From NCBI GenBank assembly GCA_041671005.1, contig JBAZCJ010000001.1, forward strand, positions 1 to 49,268: a DNA stretch of 49,268 bases, in the 5' to 3' direction. Of the stretch, positions 17,827-26,454 are shown piece by piece. The notes beneath the pieces are model-generated. The model was not told the origin of the DNA. It saw nothing but the letters and a program-made list of their open reading frames with translations, and did no database searches. Position numbers and translations under genes: made by a program. Position 1 is the stretch's first letter, and the number at the start of each line of letters is the position of its first letter. Source of the DNA: Candidatus Woesearchaeota archaeon. Its GTDB lineage: Archaea; Nanobdellota; Nanobdellia; Woesearchaeales; DSVV01.

Positions 17827-19536
17827 ATGGACAAAGAAATGAAACATATTGCAAAAAAATATGCATTGCAAAATGCAGTAAAATTCAACGGCACAGCAAC
17901 TATTGGCAATGTTTTGGGCAAAGTCCTTGGAGCACATCCTGAATATAAAACAGAAATTAAACAATTACAGCCAATAATCACAGCAGTTGTGAATGAAATC
18001 AATGCATTATCTCGAGATGAACAAAAATGCCAGCTGACAGTTTTTGCACCGGAATTAGTAGGAGAACATAAAAAATCTGAGAAACATGAATTAAAAGAAC
18101 TTCCTCATCATCCTTCTGGAGAAAAATTAACCTTTAGATTTGCACCATCTCCTTCTGGACCACTACACATTGGTCATGCATATGTTATTTCATTAAATTC
18201 ATTGTATGCAAAAAAGTACAAAGGCAAATTTATTCTGCGAATAGAAGATACAAACCCTGAAAATATTTATCCTGATGCCTACGATATGATTGAAACAGAC
18301 GCACGCTGGTTGACAAACAACAATATCAGTGAAGTGATTGTACAATCTGACCGAATGGAATTATATTACAAACATGCATTGCAATTATTAGAAGAAGGCC
18401 ATGCATATGTCTGCTTATGCGATTCAGAAGAATTCAGAAAACTTTCTCAAAGCATGGAAGCATGCCCTTGTAGAAATAATAATCCAGATGAAAATGTCAA
18501 ACGATGGGAACACATGCTTTCTACAACTAAACAAGGAGAAGCAGTTGTACGATTTAAAACAGATATAGCTCACAAAAATCCTGCAATGCGTGACTTTCCA
18601 ATATTGCGGATAAATGAAACGTCTCATCCGCGACAAGGAGAGAAATATAGGGTTTGGCCATTAATGAATTTTGCAGTATCAATTGATGACATGGACTTAG
18701 GAATTACACATGCATTACGAGGAAAAGATCATGCAGATAATGCAAAACGACAAGAATTCATTCACAACGCTCTTCAAGTTGACACCCCAATTCCAATTTC
18801 AGTGGGGAGAATTAATTTTACTGGGACTTCAGTCGAGGTTTCCTGCTCTAAAACCAGAGCAATGATTGAAAATAAAGAATTTGAAGGATGGGATGATATT
18901 AGATTACCATTTGTCGGAGCATTACGTCGCAGAGGATATCAACCTGAAGCATTTCAAAAATATGCAACAGAAATTGGAATTTCCACAGCAGACAAAACTG
19001 TTGACATTACAGAATTTTTTAAAACAATTAATTCTTTCAATAAAGAAATTATTGATCCAATTTCCAACAGATATTTTTTTATTAATAATCCTGTTGAAAT
19101 TAAAATAAAGAATGCACCGCATAAACATATACGAATGGATTTACATTCTGAAACAAAAAAAGGTGGAAGAACCTTGGAAACAACAGATGTATTTTATCTC
19201 ACTCAGGAAGATGTGCAGGCATTTGCATCTGAAGAAGTATATCGATTAATGGATTGTCTCAATTTCATGAAACATGGAACAGAATATGGGTTTATGAGCG
19301 AAGATTATGAAACCTACAAGAAAAATGGCAAAAAGATAATGCATTGGTTGCCTAAAAATAATAAACTCATTGATATTGAAGTGCTTATGCCTGATAACAC
19401 AATTGCAAAAGGATATGGTGAAGAAGCAGTTGCAGAATTAGAAGTAGGAGCAATTGTACAGTTTGAACGATTTGGATTTTGCAGATTAGATTCTATTGAA
19501 GGAAATCTATACAAATTTTGGTTTGGACATAAGTAA
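17827..19536 (+). CDS. gltX: glutamyl-tRNA synthetase, archaeal type
   Basis: RFAPSPSGPLHIGHA (HIGH motif), ILRIEDTNPE, VQSDRMELYY, WPLMNFAVSIDD, and archaeal N-terminus YALQNAVKFNG. The start is moved to MDKEMKH (17827); the track start 17734 adds a non-conserved extension. Confidence 0.9.
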   Translation: MDKEMKHIAKKYALQNAVKFNGTATIGNVLGKVLGAHPEYKTEIKQLQPIITAVVNEINALSRDEQKCQLTVFAPELVGEHKKSEKHELKELPHHPSGEKLTFRFAPSPSGPLHIGHAYVISLNSLYAKKYKGKFILRIEDTNPENIYPDAYDMIETDARWLTNNNISEVIVQSDRMELYYKHALQLLEEGHAYVCLCDSEEFRKLSQSMEACPCRNNNPDENVKRWEHMLSTTKQGEAVVRFKTDIAHKNPAMRDFPILRINETSHPRQGEKYRVWPLMNFAVSIDDMDLGITHALRGKDHADNAKRQEFIHNALQVDTPIPISVGRINFTGTSVEVSCSKTRAMIENKEFEGWDDIRLPFVGALRRRGYQPEAFQKYATEIGISTADKTVDITEFFKTINSFNKEIIDPISNRYFFINNPVEIKIKNAPHKHIRMDLHSETKKGGRTLETTDVFYLTQEDVQAFASEEVYRLMDCLNFMKHGTEYGFMSEDYETYKKNGKKIMHWLPKNNKLIDIEVLMPDNTIAKGYGEEAVAELEVGAIVQFERFGFCRLDSIEGNLYKFWFGHK

Positions 19537-19540
19537 AATA

Positions 19541-19606
19541 AAAAATCCCAATCGCTCCAATAGGCTTGGTATTTTGTGGATGGATCCCTTTGCGATTGGA
19601 ATTTTT
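19541..19606 (+). other. long-range stem (14 of 15 bp) enclosing a 36-nt structured loop and ending in a T5 run; 3' UTR element, terminator or small RNA candidate
   Basis: aaaaatcccaatcgc ... gcgattggaattttt. The loop contains ccaa-taggc-ttgg. Confidence 0.4.
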
Positions 19607-19614
19607 AGTGTTAT

Positions 19615-19670
19615 GAATTTACCGTGTATAAGAATAATTCACCCAACCACTGCAAGCAGGGGGTAAATTC
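19615..19670 (+). other. second long-range stem (9 bp perfect, gaatttacc/ggtaaattc) enclosing a 38-nt loop
   Basis: Read directly. It lies just upstream of the TATA (aatttataaaat, about 19676) of the next gene. Confidence 0.35.
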
Positions 19671-19707
19671 GAAACAATTTATAAAATATGCTTGATTACT
19701 TTGCAGA

Positions 19708-20073
19708 ATGTGTAGACTTCAAGGAAATATTGCAACATTATTGACAGACCTACCTGAATTAGACCCTAGTTTATTTGAACAACGACAATATACGCAAGAA
19801 AGTAGACCTGATATATTTATGTGGCTGGATAATTTTCGTTTAATTGGTCCAACAACTAATCCTCTTCCTGTTGTAACAACTGTTTTGATAACTGATTCTG
19901 ATGGAACATACCAACAATATGTTTTAGGAAAAATTGGACCAGATCTGGTAGTAGGAAATCCAACTTCAAGATTAGGGAGTTCTTATAACGCACCATATAT
20001 TACAGGAAATCCTGTAATTATAAAACCTAACGGGACCATGTTCCAATGGTATCCAAAAGATCATAGATTTTAG
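19708..20073 (+). CDS. hypothetical protein (121 aa)
   Basis: ORF with a TATA-like box centred about 27 nt upstream of the ATG. Confidence 0.5.
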   Translation: MCRLQGNIATLLTDLPELDPSLFEQRQYTQESRPDIFMWLDNFRLIGPTTNPLPVVTTVLITDSDGTYQQYVLGKIGPDLVVGNPTSRLGSSYNAPYITGNPVIIKPNGTMFQWYPKDHRF

Positions 20074-20095
20074 AAATAATAAATAATCGTACCTA

Positions 20096-20119
20096 TTTAA
20101 ATTGATGAATCAATTTAAA
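20096..20119. other. 11-bp perfect inverted repeat (TTTAAATTGAT ga ATCAATTTAAA) between convergent genes
   Basis: Read directly. It overlaps the stop codon of the MazF-like gene. Confidence 0.5.
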
Positions 20120-20421
20120 CATTGTAATTTTTTTACAAAGATGTCAAAGATAATCTTCTTCTTTTCCTTCGACACAGTAAATAATACTTTTTCAATCATT
20201 GCAGAAGAAATAGTAAAAATATAATTGAGTTTTATCACGCTGTCTTTTATTGCACCCTCTTTTTTTGTTAATGGAACTCCTTCCATTGTTACATTGCTTG
20301 TTATCCCAGCAACAACAATATTACCAAATTCTTCAAATAAAACTACTGCAGGTCTTTTTTTAATTTCAAACGTATCTGTGAATTGTATCTGTGCTAACAC
20401 AACATCTCCTGGTTTAGGCAT
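20110..20421 (-). CDS. PemK/MazF-family toxin (type II TA)
   Basis: MPKPGDVVLAQIQFTDTFEIKKRPAVVL...ITSN is the typical MazF/PemK N-terminal SH3-like motif. The start is chosen at MPKPGD. Confidence 0.75.
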   Translation of the reverse strand: MPKPGDVVLAQIQFTDTFEIKKRPAVVLFEEFGNIVVAGITSNVTMEGVPLTKKEGAIKDSVIKLNYIFTISSAMIEKVLFTVSKEKKKIIFDIFVKKLQCLN

Positions 20422-20638
20422 GTTCCCACGCCTCATCGTCTTTATTATCCCATAATTCTTTCATTTTAACTTGTTGAATTTTATGAAGAAACTCATCATA
20501 TTGATTTTTTTTCTTTACAGTTTTATACACTTGTATCAATTGTTTAATTAGTTCATTATAAGTCTGACGAGGATATTCCTGTATTTCTTTTAATGAGGTT
20601 ATTATTGACTTATCGAGCTGTATTGTTGTTTTAACCAT
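20414..20638 (-). CDS. cognate antitoxin candidate (ribbon-helix-helix-like N-terminus)
   Basis: MVKTTIQLDKSIITSLKE is a beta-strand-plus-helix pattern typical of RHH antitoxins. It overlaps the toxin start by 8 nt. Confidence 0.6.
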   Translation of the reverse strand: MVKTTIQLDKSIITSLKEIQEYPRQTYNELIKQLIQVYKTVKKKNQYDEFLHKIQQVKMKELWDNKDDEAWEHA

Positions 20639-20831
20639 TATATACCATTTATAATTAGTATATAAGATATTATATATAAACTTTTTCATAGATCTTATTG
20701 AGTATTACTTCTTAAAAAAGTCGATTGAGAAAAAGAGGAAAGATTTTCAGGAATTATTAGAACCCATAACTATCAAATATAAATAAAAGTAAAATTAAAA
20801 TGAATAAAACAAAAAAATGAATAGAACAAAA

Positions 20832-21680
20832 TCAAAACAACATTCTTTTTCTTGAAATAGGTTGTTCTTGCTGTGGCACTGACGTAAATGGCGGCAATGG
20901 TGCATTATACTGCCTCATCGGCTGTGGTTGCTCTTGTTGCTGCTGATTACTATAATTGCCAAAATCAGGAGGAACTTGCATAGGTTCTGATGGTAATGGC
21001 ATCTGTGGTCTGATTTGCATAGGTTCTGGACCCATTCGTTGCATATACGGATTAAAATCTTTTATAACTGCAGGAGGAGTTTGCTTTTCATTTACTAACC
21101 CTGCAACAGTCAAAATTGCCTCAGCAATCTTTTCATTCTGTTCAGTTATTTCCCCTAACTTTACAAATAATGGACCATCTTCAGCATCCATCTTTTGATT
21201 AAACAAAACTACCATTTGTTTAACAACAGCTGTTAATTTATTCATCGATTCAATTAACACTTGGGTTTCAAGAGTTAATTTTGGTATATGCTGGTAATGT
21301 GCTTTTGTTTCAAGAACATCCTGTTGGACCTGCTGCATTTGATCCATATGCACATCAAATTTCTTTTGAAGATCTGTTTCCCTTTTTTTTACCTGTTTTG
21401 ATAATGAAGACATATTCTTTTTTAAATCCCTAACATGTTTCAAAGGAACTGATTTTCCAATCTTTTTTTGTGATTTTATAATTACGACCTGTTTTATTGG
21501 TTTTTTAATGGACTTTTTGATAACTTTTTTTGTTTGTTTTGTTGAATATGTTGTAACTTTCTTTTTCACAACTGTGCCTTTTTTTGGCTTCGTTTCAGTG
21601 GTAATCTCTTGTTTTATAATTTGAGGAGAAGATTGTTTATCAATGACATCCAATATATTTTTGCTTATAACATCGCTCAT
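20832..21680 (-). CDS. low-complexity protein: K-rich N-region, coiled coil, P/Q/M-rich C-terminus
   Basis: Start moved to MSDVISKN (21680); the upstream 55 codons of the track ORF overlap the divergent promoter. Function unknown. Confidence 0.5.
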   Translation of the reverse strand: MSDVISKNILDVIDKQSSPQIIKQEITTETKPKKGTVVKKKVTTYSTKQTKKVIKKSIKKPIKQVVIIKSQKKIGKSVPLKHVRDLKKNMSSLSKQVKKRETDLQKKFDVHMDQMQQVQQDVLETKAHYQHIPKLTLETQVLIESMNKLTAVVKQMVVLFNQKMDAEDGPLFVKLGEITEQNEKIAEAILTVAGLVNEKQTPPAVIKDFNPYMQRMGPEPMQIRPQMPLPSEPMQVPPDFGNYSNQQQQEQPQPMRQYNAPLPPFTSVPQQEQPISRKRMLF

Positions 21681-21781
21681 AAAGCCACCCCATTGTATTT
21701 TTAAATAAAGACTATATAAATAGTTTTCGAAAATGAGGTTTACAAAACACTTAAATACTTCTTTTCTTAAAAAAATAGAAT

Positions 21782-22936
21782 ATGGTAGATAGTAGGCTCG
21801 TCTCATATATCCAACAGCAGTTAAAAAACGGCTATGACATAGCAATTATACGCAATTCTCTTCTTCAAAATAATTATCCCCCTGAAGAAATAGATGCAGC
21901 GTTTCAATCCTTAGGAGGAATTTCAAAACAACAGATTCAACAGCTTACTGAATATATTAAACAAAATATTACAAAGGGATACTCTGGTCAACAAATTCAA
22001 CAATTTTTACTCCAACAAGGATATCCTTCTACTGCTATTAACAATGCATATCAACAGGCCATGAAAAAATCATTTGGATTATCTGTCAAAACACTCCTCA
22101 TTGCATTTCTTATTATTCTCGTTATTGCTGCACTTGGTGCAACTGCATGGTTTTTTATGAATATGGAACCAACAGTTAAACAAGAACCATCATTCAGCAT
22201 TTCTCTTGATATTGACACAGTCGCACCAGGAGATACTCTGTATGTTAATAATGATTTTACATATTTTCCTTCAATACGTGAATACCCTATCACAGTCTAT
22301 TATACTCTTAATGATAATACCCAAACTCGCATAGACAGCTGGCAGATTTCCATGGGAACTTCAGATGCATTACTTAAAAATACAAAATATATTATTCCCC
22401 GAACAACAATTTCCGGAACATATACTCTTGATGCAACAATGAATTATGGCACACTTTCTCGTCAAGCATCTGCACTCTTTACTGTTTCTATTGATCAAGA
22501 GGAAATAGCTGCTGCTGAAGTGCGTTCAGAAACTACGCAAGAAGAAACGTCAGAACCTGCGACAACAAAAACAATAGAAGTTGTAGAAACTGCAACTGAA
22601 ACAATAATCCCTGGCCAAGATGATTACAAAAATCTTGCTTTTGCTAAAGAAAGTGCACCAACAGACCCAGCAACTGCACTTCAATATTGTGCTCTTATTT
22701 CAACTCAAACAAAAATAGATGAATGTTATTGGAATGTTGCAAAATTGAGCACAGATAAATCATATTGTGAAATTATTGTTGCAGACCATACACGAGATTC
22801 ATGCTGGATAGGTTTTGCATTTGAACAAAATGATTATTCTGTATGTGAAGAAATTTCAAATCCATTCTTAAAACAAAGCTGTGATCAACTGAAAAAAGTT
22901 GCTGAGTTAAAAGCAATGCAAGAACAAACATACTAA
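21782..22936 (+). CDS. membrane protein with two N-terminal helical repeats of about 40 aa, one TM, extracellular domain and Cys-rich C-terminus
   Basis: Repeats YIQQQLKNGYDIAIIRNSLLQNNYPPEEIDAAFQ and YIKQNITKGYSGQQIQQFLLQQGYPSTAINNAYQ. TM is LLIAFLIILVIAALGATAWFF. Confidence 0.55.
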   Translation: MVDSRLVSYIQQQLKNGYDIAIIRNSLLQNNYPPEEIDAAFQSLGGISKQQIQQLTEYIKQNITKGYSGQQIQQFLLQQGYPSTAINNAYQQAMKKSFGLSVKTLLIAFLIILVIAALGATAWFFMNMEPTVKQEPSFSISLDIDTVAPGDTLYVNNDFTYFPSIREYPITVYYTLNDNTQTRIDSWQISMGTSDALLKNTKYIIPRTTISGTYTLDATMNYGTLSRQASALFTVSIDQEEIAAAEVRSETTQEETSEPATTKTIEVVETATETIIPGQDDYKNLAFAKESAPTDPATALQYCALISTQTKIDECYWNVAKLSTDKSYCEIIVADHTRDSCWIGFAFEQNDYSVCEEISNPFLKQSCDQLKKVAELKAMQEQTY

Positions 22937-22950
22937 AAAACATGTTGTAT

Positions 22951-23400
22951 TTATTCTAAAAGAGATATTGTCAGCGTAGCAATATACTCTGATTGTTGTA
23001 TTTCTTTCCCAACTTCATGTACTGGAGATAAAGAATTAAGTGAAACAACATATCCAAACGTATCTTTATTATCTGGTGCAAGATAGGTAAGTGCATCTGT
23101 TGTTTGTGTTGATATATGAACTTCATCATACATGATATCATTATCTTGTGGAACTAATACAACTGTTGCTTCCCCAGCCCAAATACATTTTACATCGATA
23201 GGACAGCGTGAATCAGAATCCACTCTGTTAAATGTAAGATAATGACCTTCAAAACTTACTGTTTCTCCAACTGCTATTTGAAACGGAACTCCTATTGAAA
23301 CAATTGAAGGAGCATCAGAAACAGTATCTGCTTGTTCAAGAGAGCAAGAACTAATGAAAATAACAAGAAAAAACAATGTTAATATTTTTTGTAGGTTCAT
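22951..23400 (-). CDS. lipoprotein (lipobox ISSC)
   Basis: MNLQKILTLFFLVIFISSCS. Start moved to 23400. Confidence 0.6.
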   Translation of the reverse strand: MNLQKILTLFFLVIFISSCSLEQADTVSDAPSIVSIGVPFQIAVGETVSFEGHYLTFNRVDSDSRCPIDVKCIWAGEATVVLVPQDNDIMYDEVHISTQTTDALTYLAPDNKDTFGYVVSLNSLSPVHEVGKEIQQSEYIATLTISLLE

Positions 23401-23500
23401 AGTACTATGTATTATTGGTAAGTATTTATAGTTATTGAAGACTTCGAATAGAATGAGAGTAATATCTATAATCAAATGATCCTTTAACTGACCAAAAACA

Positions 23501-24466
23501 TCATTTTAAACTTTTCTTACATATCTTTGCTTTTGGATCATCTATACATTTCTTTGATTTCCAGAAAAAGAATCCTATGACTCCAAACGTCATAACTGGT
23601 GAAACCCATTGAGGAATATGGACTCCGAAACTATCGGCAAGCATTATAGCCCCAAGAAAAAAGATTGAATACATTGCACCATTCTTGAGATATTTGTACT
23701 TTTTTATTGTACTTATGTTACTTACAGTAATATTTCTTAACACAAAAGCACCAATACCATTACCTATTAAAATTAAAGGAACTGAAAGTGTAAATGCGAA
23801 TGCACCAAGAACCCCATCTATTGAAAATGTTGCATCAATGACTTCTAAATAAAAGATTTTACTTAAATCAGTTCGTGTTTTTTCTAATAAGTTCTTTTCC
23901 TGCTCTTCGGCATTTTGCTTAAAACCATGAGTAATAAAAAATGCTGTTGAACCAACAACTGCACTAAAAGCCATAAATGGATTAACTTTTAATGCAAACC
24001 AAACAAGGATAGAAAGGAAAACAGAAACAACTGCAAAAAACCACACTCCTTTTTTCTGGATATATTCTTCACCAACCATACCATAATTTTTTGACTCAAG
24101 GAATAACCAATGAAAAAACAAAAAGACAAGAAATACACCTCCACCTGTCAGTAAAATAGGAGCGGAAAGTTCAATAGCTTCAATAATTTTAGGATCATTG
24201 CTAAATGTAGCTGTTAATGCTCCTATTGGACCAAGAGAAGGAGTGACTGCATACACAATCATCCACGGCAACATACCTCTAATAACAAAAACTGCAAATA
24301 AGATACCCCAAATTAAAAACCAACGACGAGCTTTTTCACCCATTGTTGATAATACTTCTGCATTAATAATTGCATTATCAATACTGCTGATTATTTCAAA
24401 TAAACAAAGACCAGCAATTGTTAAAATCATTAAAAGGATATCCATTATGCTTTTTTGATATGTCAA
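23501..24466 (-). CDS. integral membrane protein, DUF475 / TerC-superfamily-like
   Basis: N-terminal EIISSIDNAIINAEVL motif and multiple TM helices, typical of the DUF475/TerC fold. Confidence 0.55.
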   Translation of the reverse strand: MTYQKSIMDILLMILTIAGLCLFEIISSIDNAIINAEVLSTMGEKARRWFLIWGILFAVFVIRGMLPWMIVYAVTPSLGPIGALTATFSNDPKIIEAIELSAPILLTGGGVFLVFLFFHWLFLESKNYGMVGEEYIQKKGVWFFAVVSVFLSILVWFALKVNPFMAFSAVVGSTAFFITHGFKQNAEEQEKNLLEKTRTDLSKIFYLEVIDATFSIDGVLGAFAFTLSVPLILIGNGIGAFVLRNITVSNISTIKKYKYLKNGAMYSIFFLGAIMLADSFGVHIPQWVSPVMTFGVIGFFFWKSKKCIDDPKAKICKKSLK

Positions 24467-24569
24467 GTTTAATAAAGATTTCTATCTTTTATGAGTACAA
24501 TATAATAAATGAGATAACAAATAATCCTTCGAACATCACATTTTTAAATTCACAGCATTTTGTCTTTTT

Positions 24570-25646
24570 ATGCAACATCGATTAACAGAATTACAACCAA
24601 CAATCTCTTTATGTATGATAATAAAAAATGAAGAAGAATGGCTTCAACAATGTTTAGATTCTGTTAAAGACCTTGTTTCTGAAATGATTATTGTTGATAC
24701 GGGAAGCACAGATAACACAAAAGCAATAGCAAAAAAAAATGGTGCAAAAGTATTTGATTTTACATGGACAGATGATTTTGCTGCTGCTCGAAACTTTTCC
24801 ATCAGCAAAGCAACATGTGACTGGATACTCTGGATTGATGCTGATGAAACTATTGCTTCAATAGATCACGATATAATAAAAAAACTTATTGAAGAAGCGC
24901 AATTTCCATTAATTATTCTTGAACAAAGACATTACACTCATGACTCCAAAAACCTGCTTTTCAAAAAAATTGATGATAGGTATAAACAACAAGCAAAAGG
25001 ATTTGAAGGATACACATCAACACTCACAACACGATTATTTAAAAATAAAATAGGACTTCAATTTGAGGGAGTAGTACATGAAACATTAGATAAAAGCATG
25101 TTAAAATTAAAATTAAAATTTTTACGAACGGATATTCCAATTCACCATTATCAAAATATGAAAAGCGATTCACGCATGAAGATGAAACAAGAAAAATATG
25201 ATACTCTTCTCGTAGAAAAAGAAAAACAAGACCCAAAAGATATTAAAAATCTTCATGATCTTGCCATTACTGCAATGCAACAAGAAGATCTTAGTAAAGC
25301 ATTTTCTTATTTTAAAAAAATATATGACCTCGATGCAGAGCTTTTAGAACCGCATCTTGGCATGGGCCTTATTTGGGCAAAACGAGGAGATTATCCACGT
25401 GCAATTAAATTTTTTCTTACTGCCATGAGTAAAAAAACAACACGAACAATTGAATTATCCATCCCTATCACAATGGTCCGTGAAACAATAATTTTTAATC
25501 TTGCACTGTGTTATCTAAGAGTAGGCAACCGCAGTCAAGCATTGCACATCTTCAAAGATATGATACGATTAAATAGTAGGTTTACTCCACAAATTCAAGA
25601 AAAAATGCGACAGATGGGTATCACAGGAACAAAACCTGCAGCTTAA
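24570..25646 (+). CDS. family 2 glycosyltransferase fused to a TPR region
   Basis: ISLCMIIKNEEEWLQQCLDSV...IIVDTGSTDNT...DDFAAARNFS...WIDADE, followed by TPR-like helices. Confidence 0.8.
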   Translation: MQHRLTELQPTISLCMIIKNEEEWLQQCLDSVKDLVSEMIIVDTGSTDNTKAIAKKNGAKVFDFTWTDDFAAARNFSISKATCDWILWIDADETIASIDHDIIKKLIEEAQFPLIILEQRHYTHDSKNLLFKKIDDRYKQQAKGFEGYTSTLTTRLFKNKIGLQFEGVVHETLDKSMLKLKLKFLRTDIPIHHYQNMKSDSRMKMKQEKYDTLLVEKEKQDPKDIKNLHDLAITAMQQEDLSKAFSYFKKIYDLDAELLEPHLGMGLIWAKRGDYPRAIKFFLTAMSKKTTRTIELSIPITMVRETIIFNLALCYLRVGNRSQALHIFKDMIRLNSRFTPQIQEKMRQMGITGTKPAA

Positions 25647-26344
25647 TGTTTTGTGAGAAAATAATAAATTCCTTTTGGAGCAAAATATGTTACATGTGTA
25701 ACAAATTCTTTTAAAGAATATGGATGCGTAACATATTGTACTTTCTTTTTATTTATTCCAACTGCTTTCTTTTTTAAGATATATACAATTGCATCTTGAT
25801 TTGGCACTGTATCAAGAAGCGTATAATCTTTCCCAAACCAATCAAGATTATGTAAATCTGAATTTGCAACAATATGTTTTTGCAATTGGTCTGCAACACG
25901 CACTGCTTTTGCATTCAAATTAAAATGTTTAGTGTAAAAATGTGAATATTCAATAAAACTAAACAATTCTTTGTGCTCAATAACTGATTTTCCCAAACAG
26001 GAAGGGATGAGAAAAAACGGATGTGGTGCACCAATAAGTGCATGATCTTTTATTTTATACAAATCATCAAAGGTGTTTGTTTGAAGCGCCTCTTCTTTTG
26101 TAATATTATATACTAACGTATGTTTTTTTTCAATATCAAGCTCAGCACCTGCAAGCAACAGAATATTTTTCTTTTTTGCATAGCTTTTCCAGGGAGAAAT
26201 ATCTGATATCCCCTTATGCCAGGTTATTGCAAGAACATCATATTTTAATTTTACGGCACAATCAATAAGCTCTTTTGTTGTATACTGTAAATCTGTATCA
26301 ACTGGATCTCCGGGAGTGTGAATATGCAAATCAACTTTGAGCAT
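25643..26344 (-). CDS. PHP-domain metal-dependent phosphoesterase
   Basis: MLKVDLHIHTPGDP plus downstream H/D-containing motifs (AITWH, GAPHP, NSDLH). Confidence 0.7.
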   Translation of the reverse strand: MLKVDLHIHTPGDPVDTDLQYTTKELIDCAVKLKYDVLAITWHKGISDISPWKSYAKKKNILLLAGAELDIEKKHTLVYNITKEEALQTNTFDDLYKIKDHALIGAPHPFFLIPSCLGKSVIEHKELFSFIEYSHFYTKHFNLNAKAVRVADQLQKHIVANSDLHNLDWFGKDYTLLDTVPNQDAIVYILKKKAVGINKKKVQYVTHPYSLKEFVTHVTYFAPKGIYYFLTKH

Positions 26345-26424
26345 TAGGATGTTTATTTTGTGTTTGTTTTTAAAACTTATGAAGAATGAATGTAACCACT
26401 GAATAAGGGTTAATCACCATAATA

Positions 26425-26432
26425 TTTATAAA
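26425..26432 (+). promoter_or_regulatory. TATA-like box (tttataaa) about 27 nt upstream of ATG 26455
   Basis: Spacing consistent with a leaderless transcript. Confidence 0.45.
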
Positions 26433-26454
26433 CCATTGATTTTTACAATTAAGA

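Noticed and set aside
19541-19670. A tRNA or C/D-box sRNA in the relatively G+C-rich spacer after gltX
   Set aside because: There is no 7-bp acceptor stem at 72-76-nt spacing, no T-loop GTTCRANNC, and no C (RUGAUGA) or D (CUGA) boxes at the stem ends. It is kept only as an unclassified structured element.
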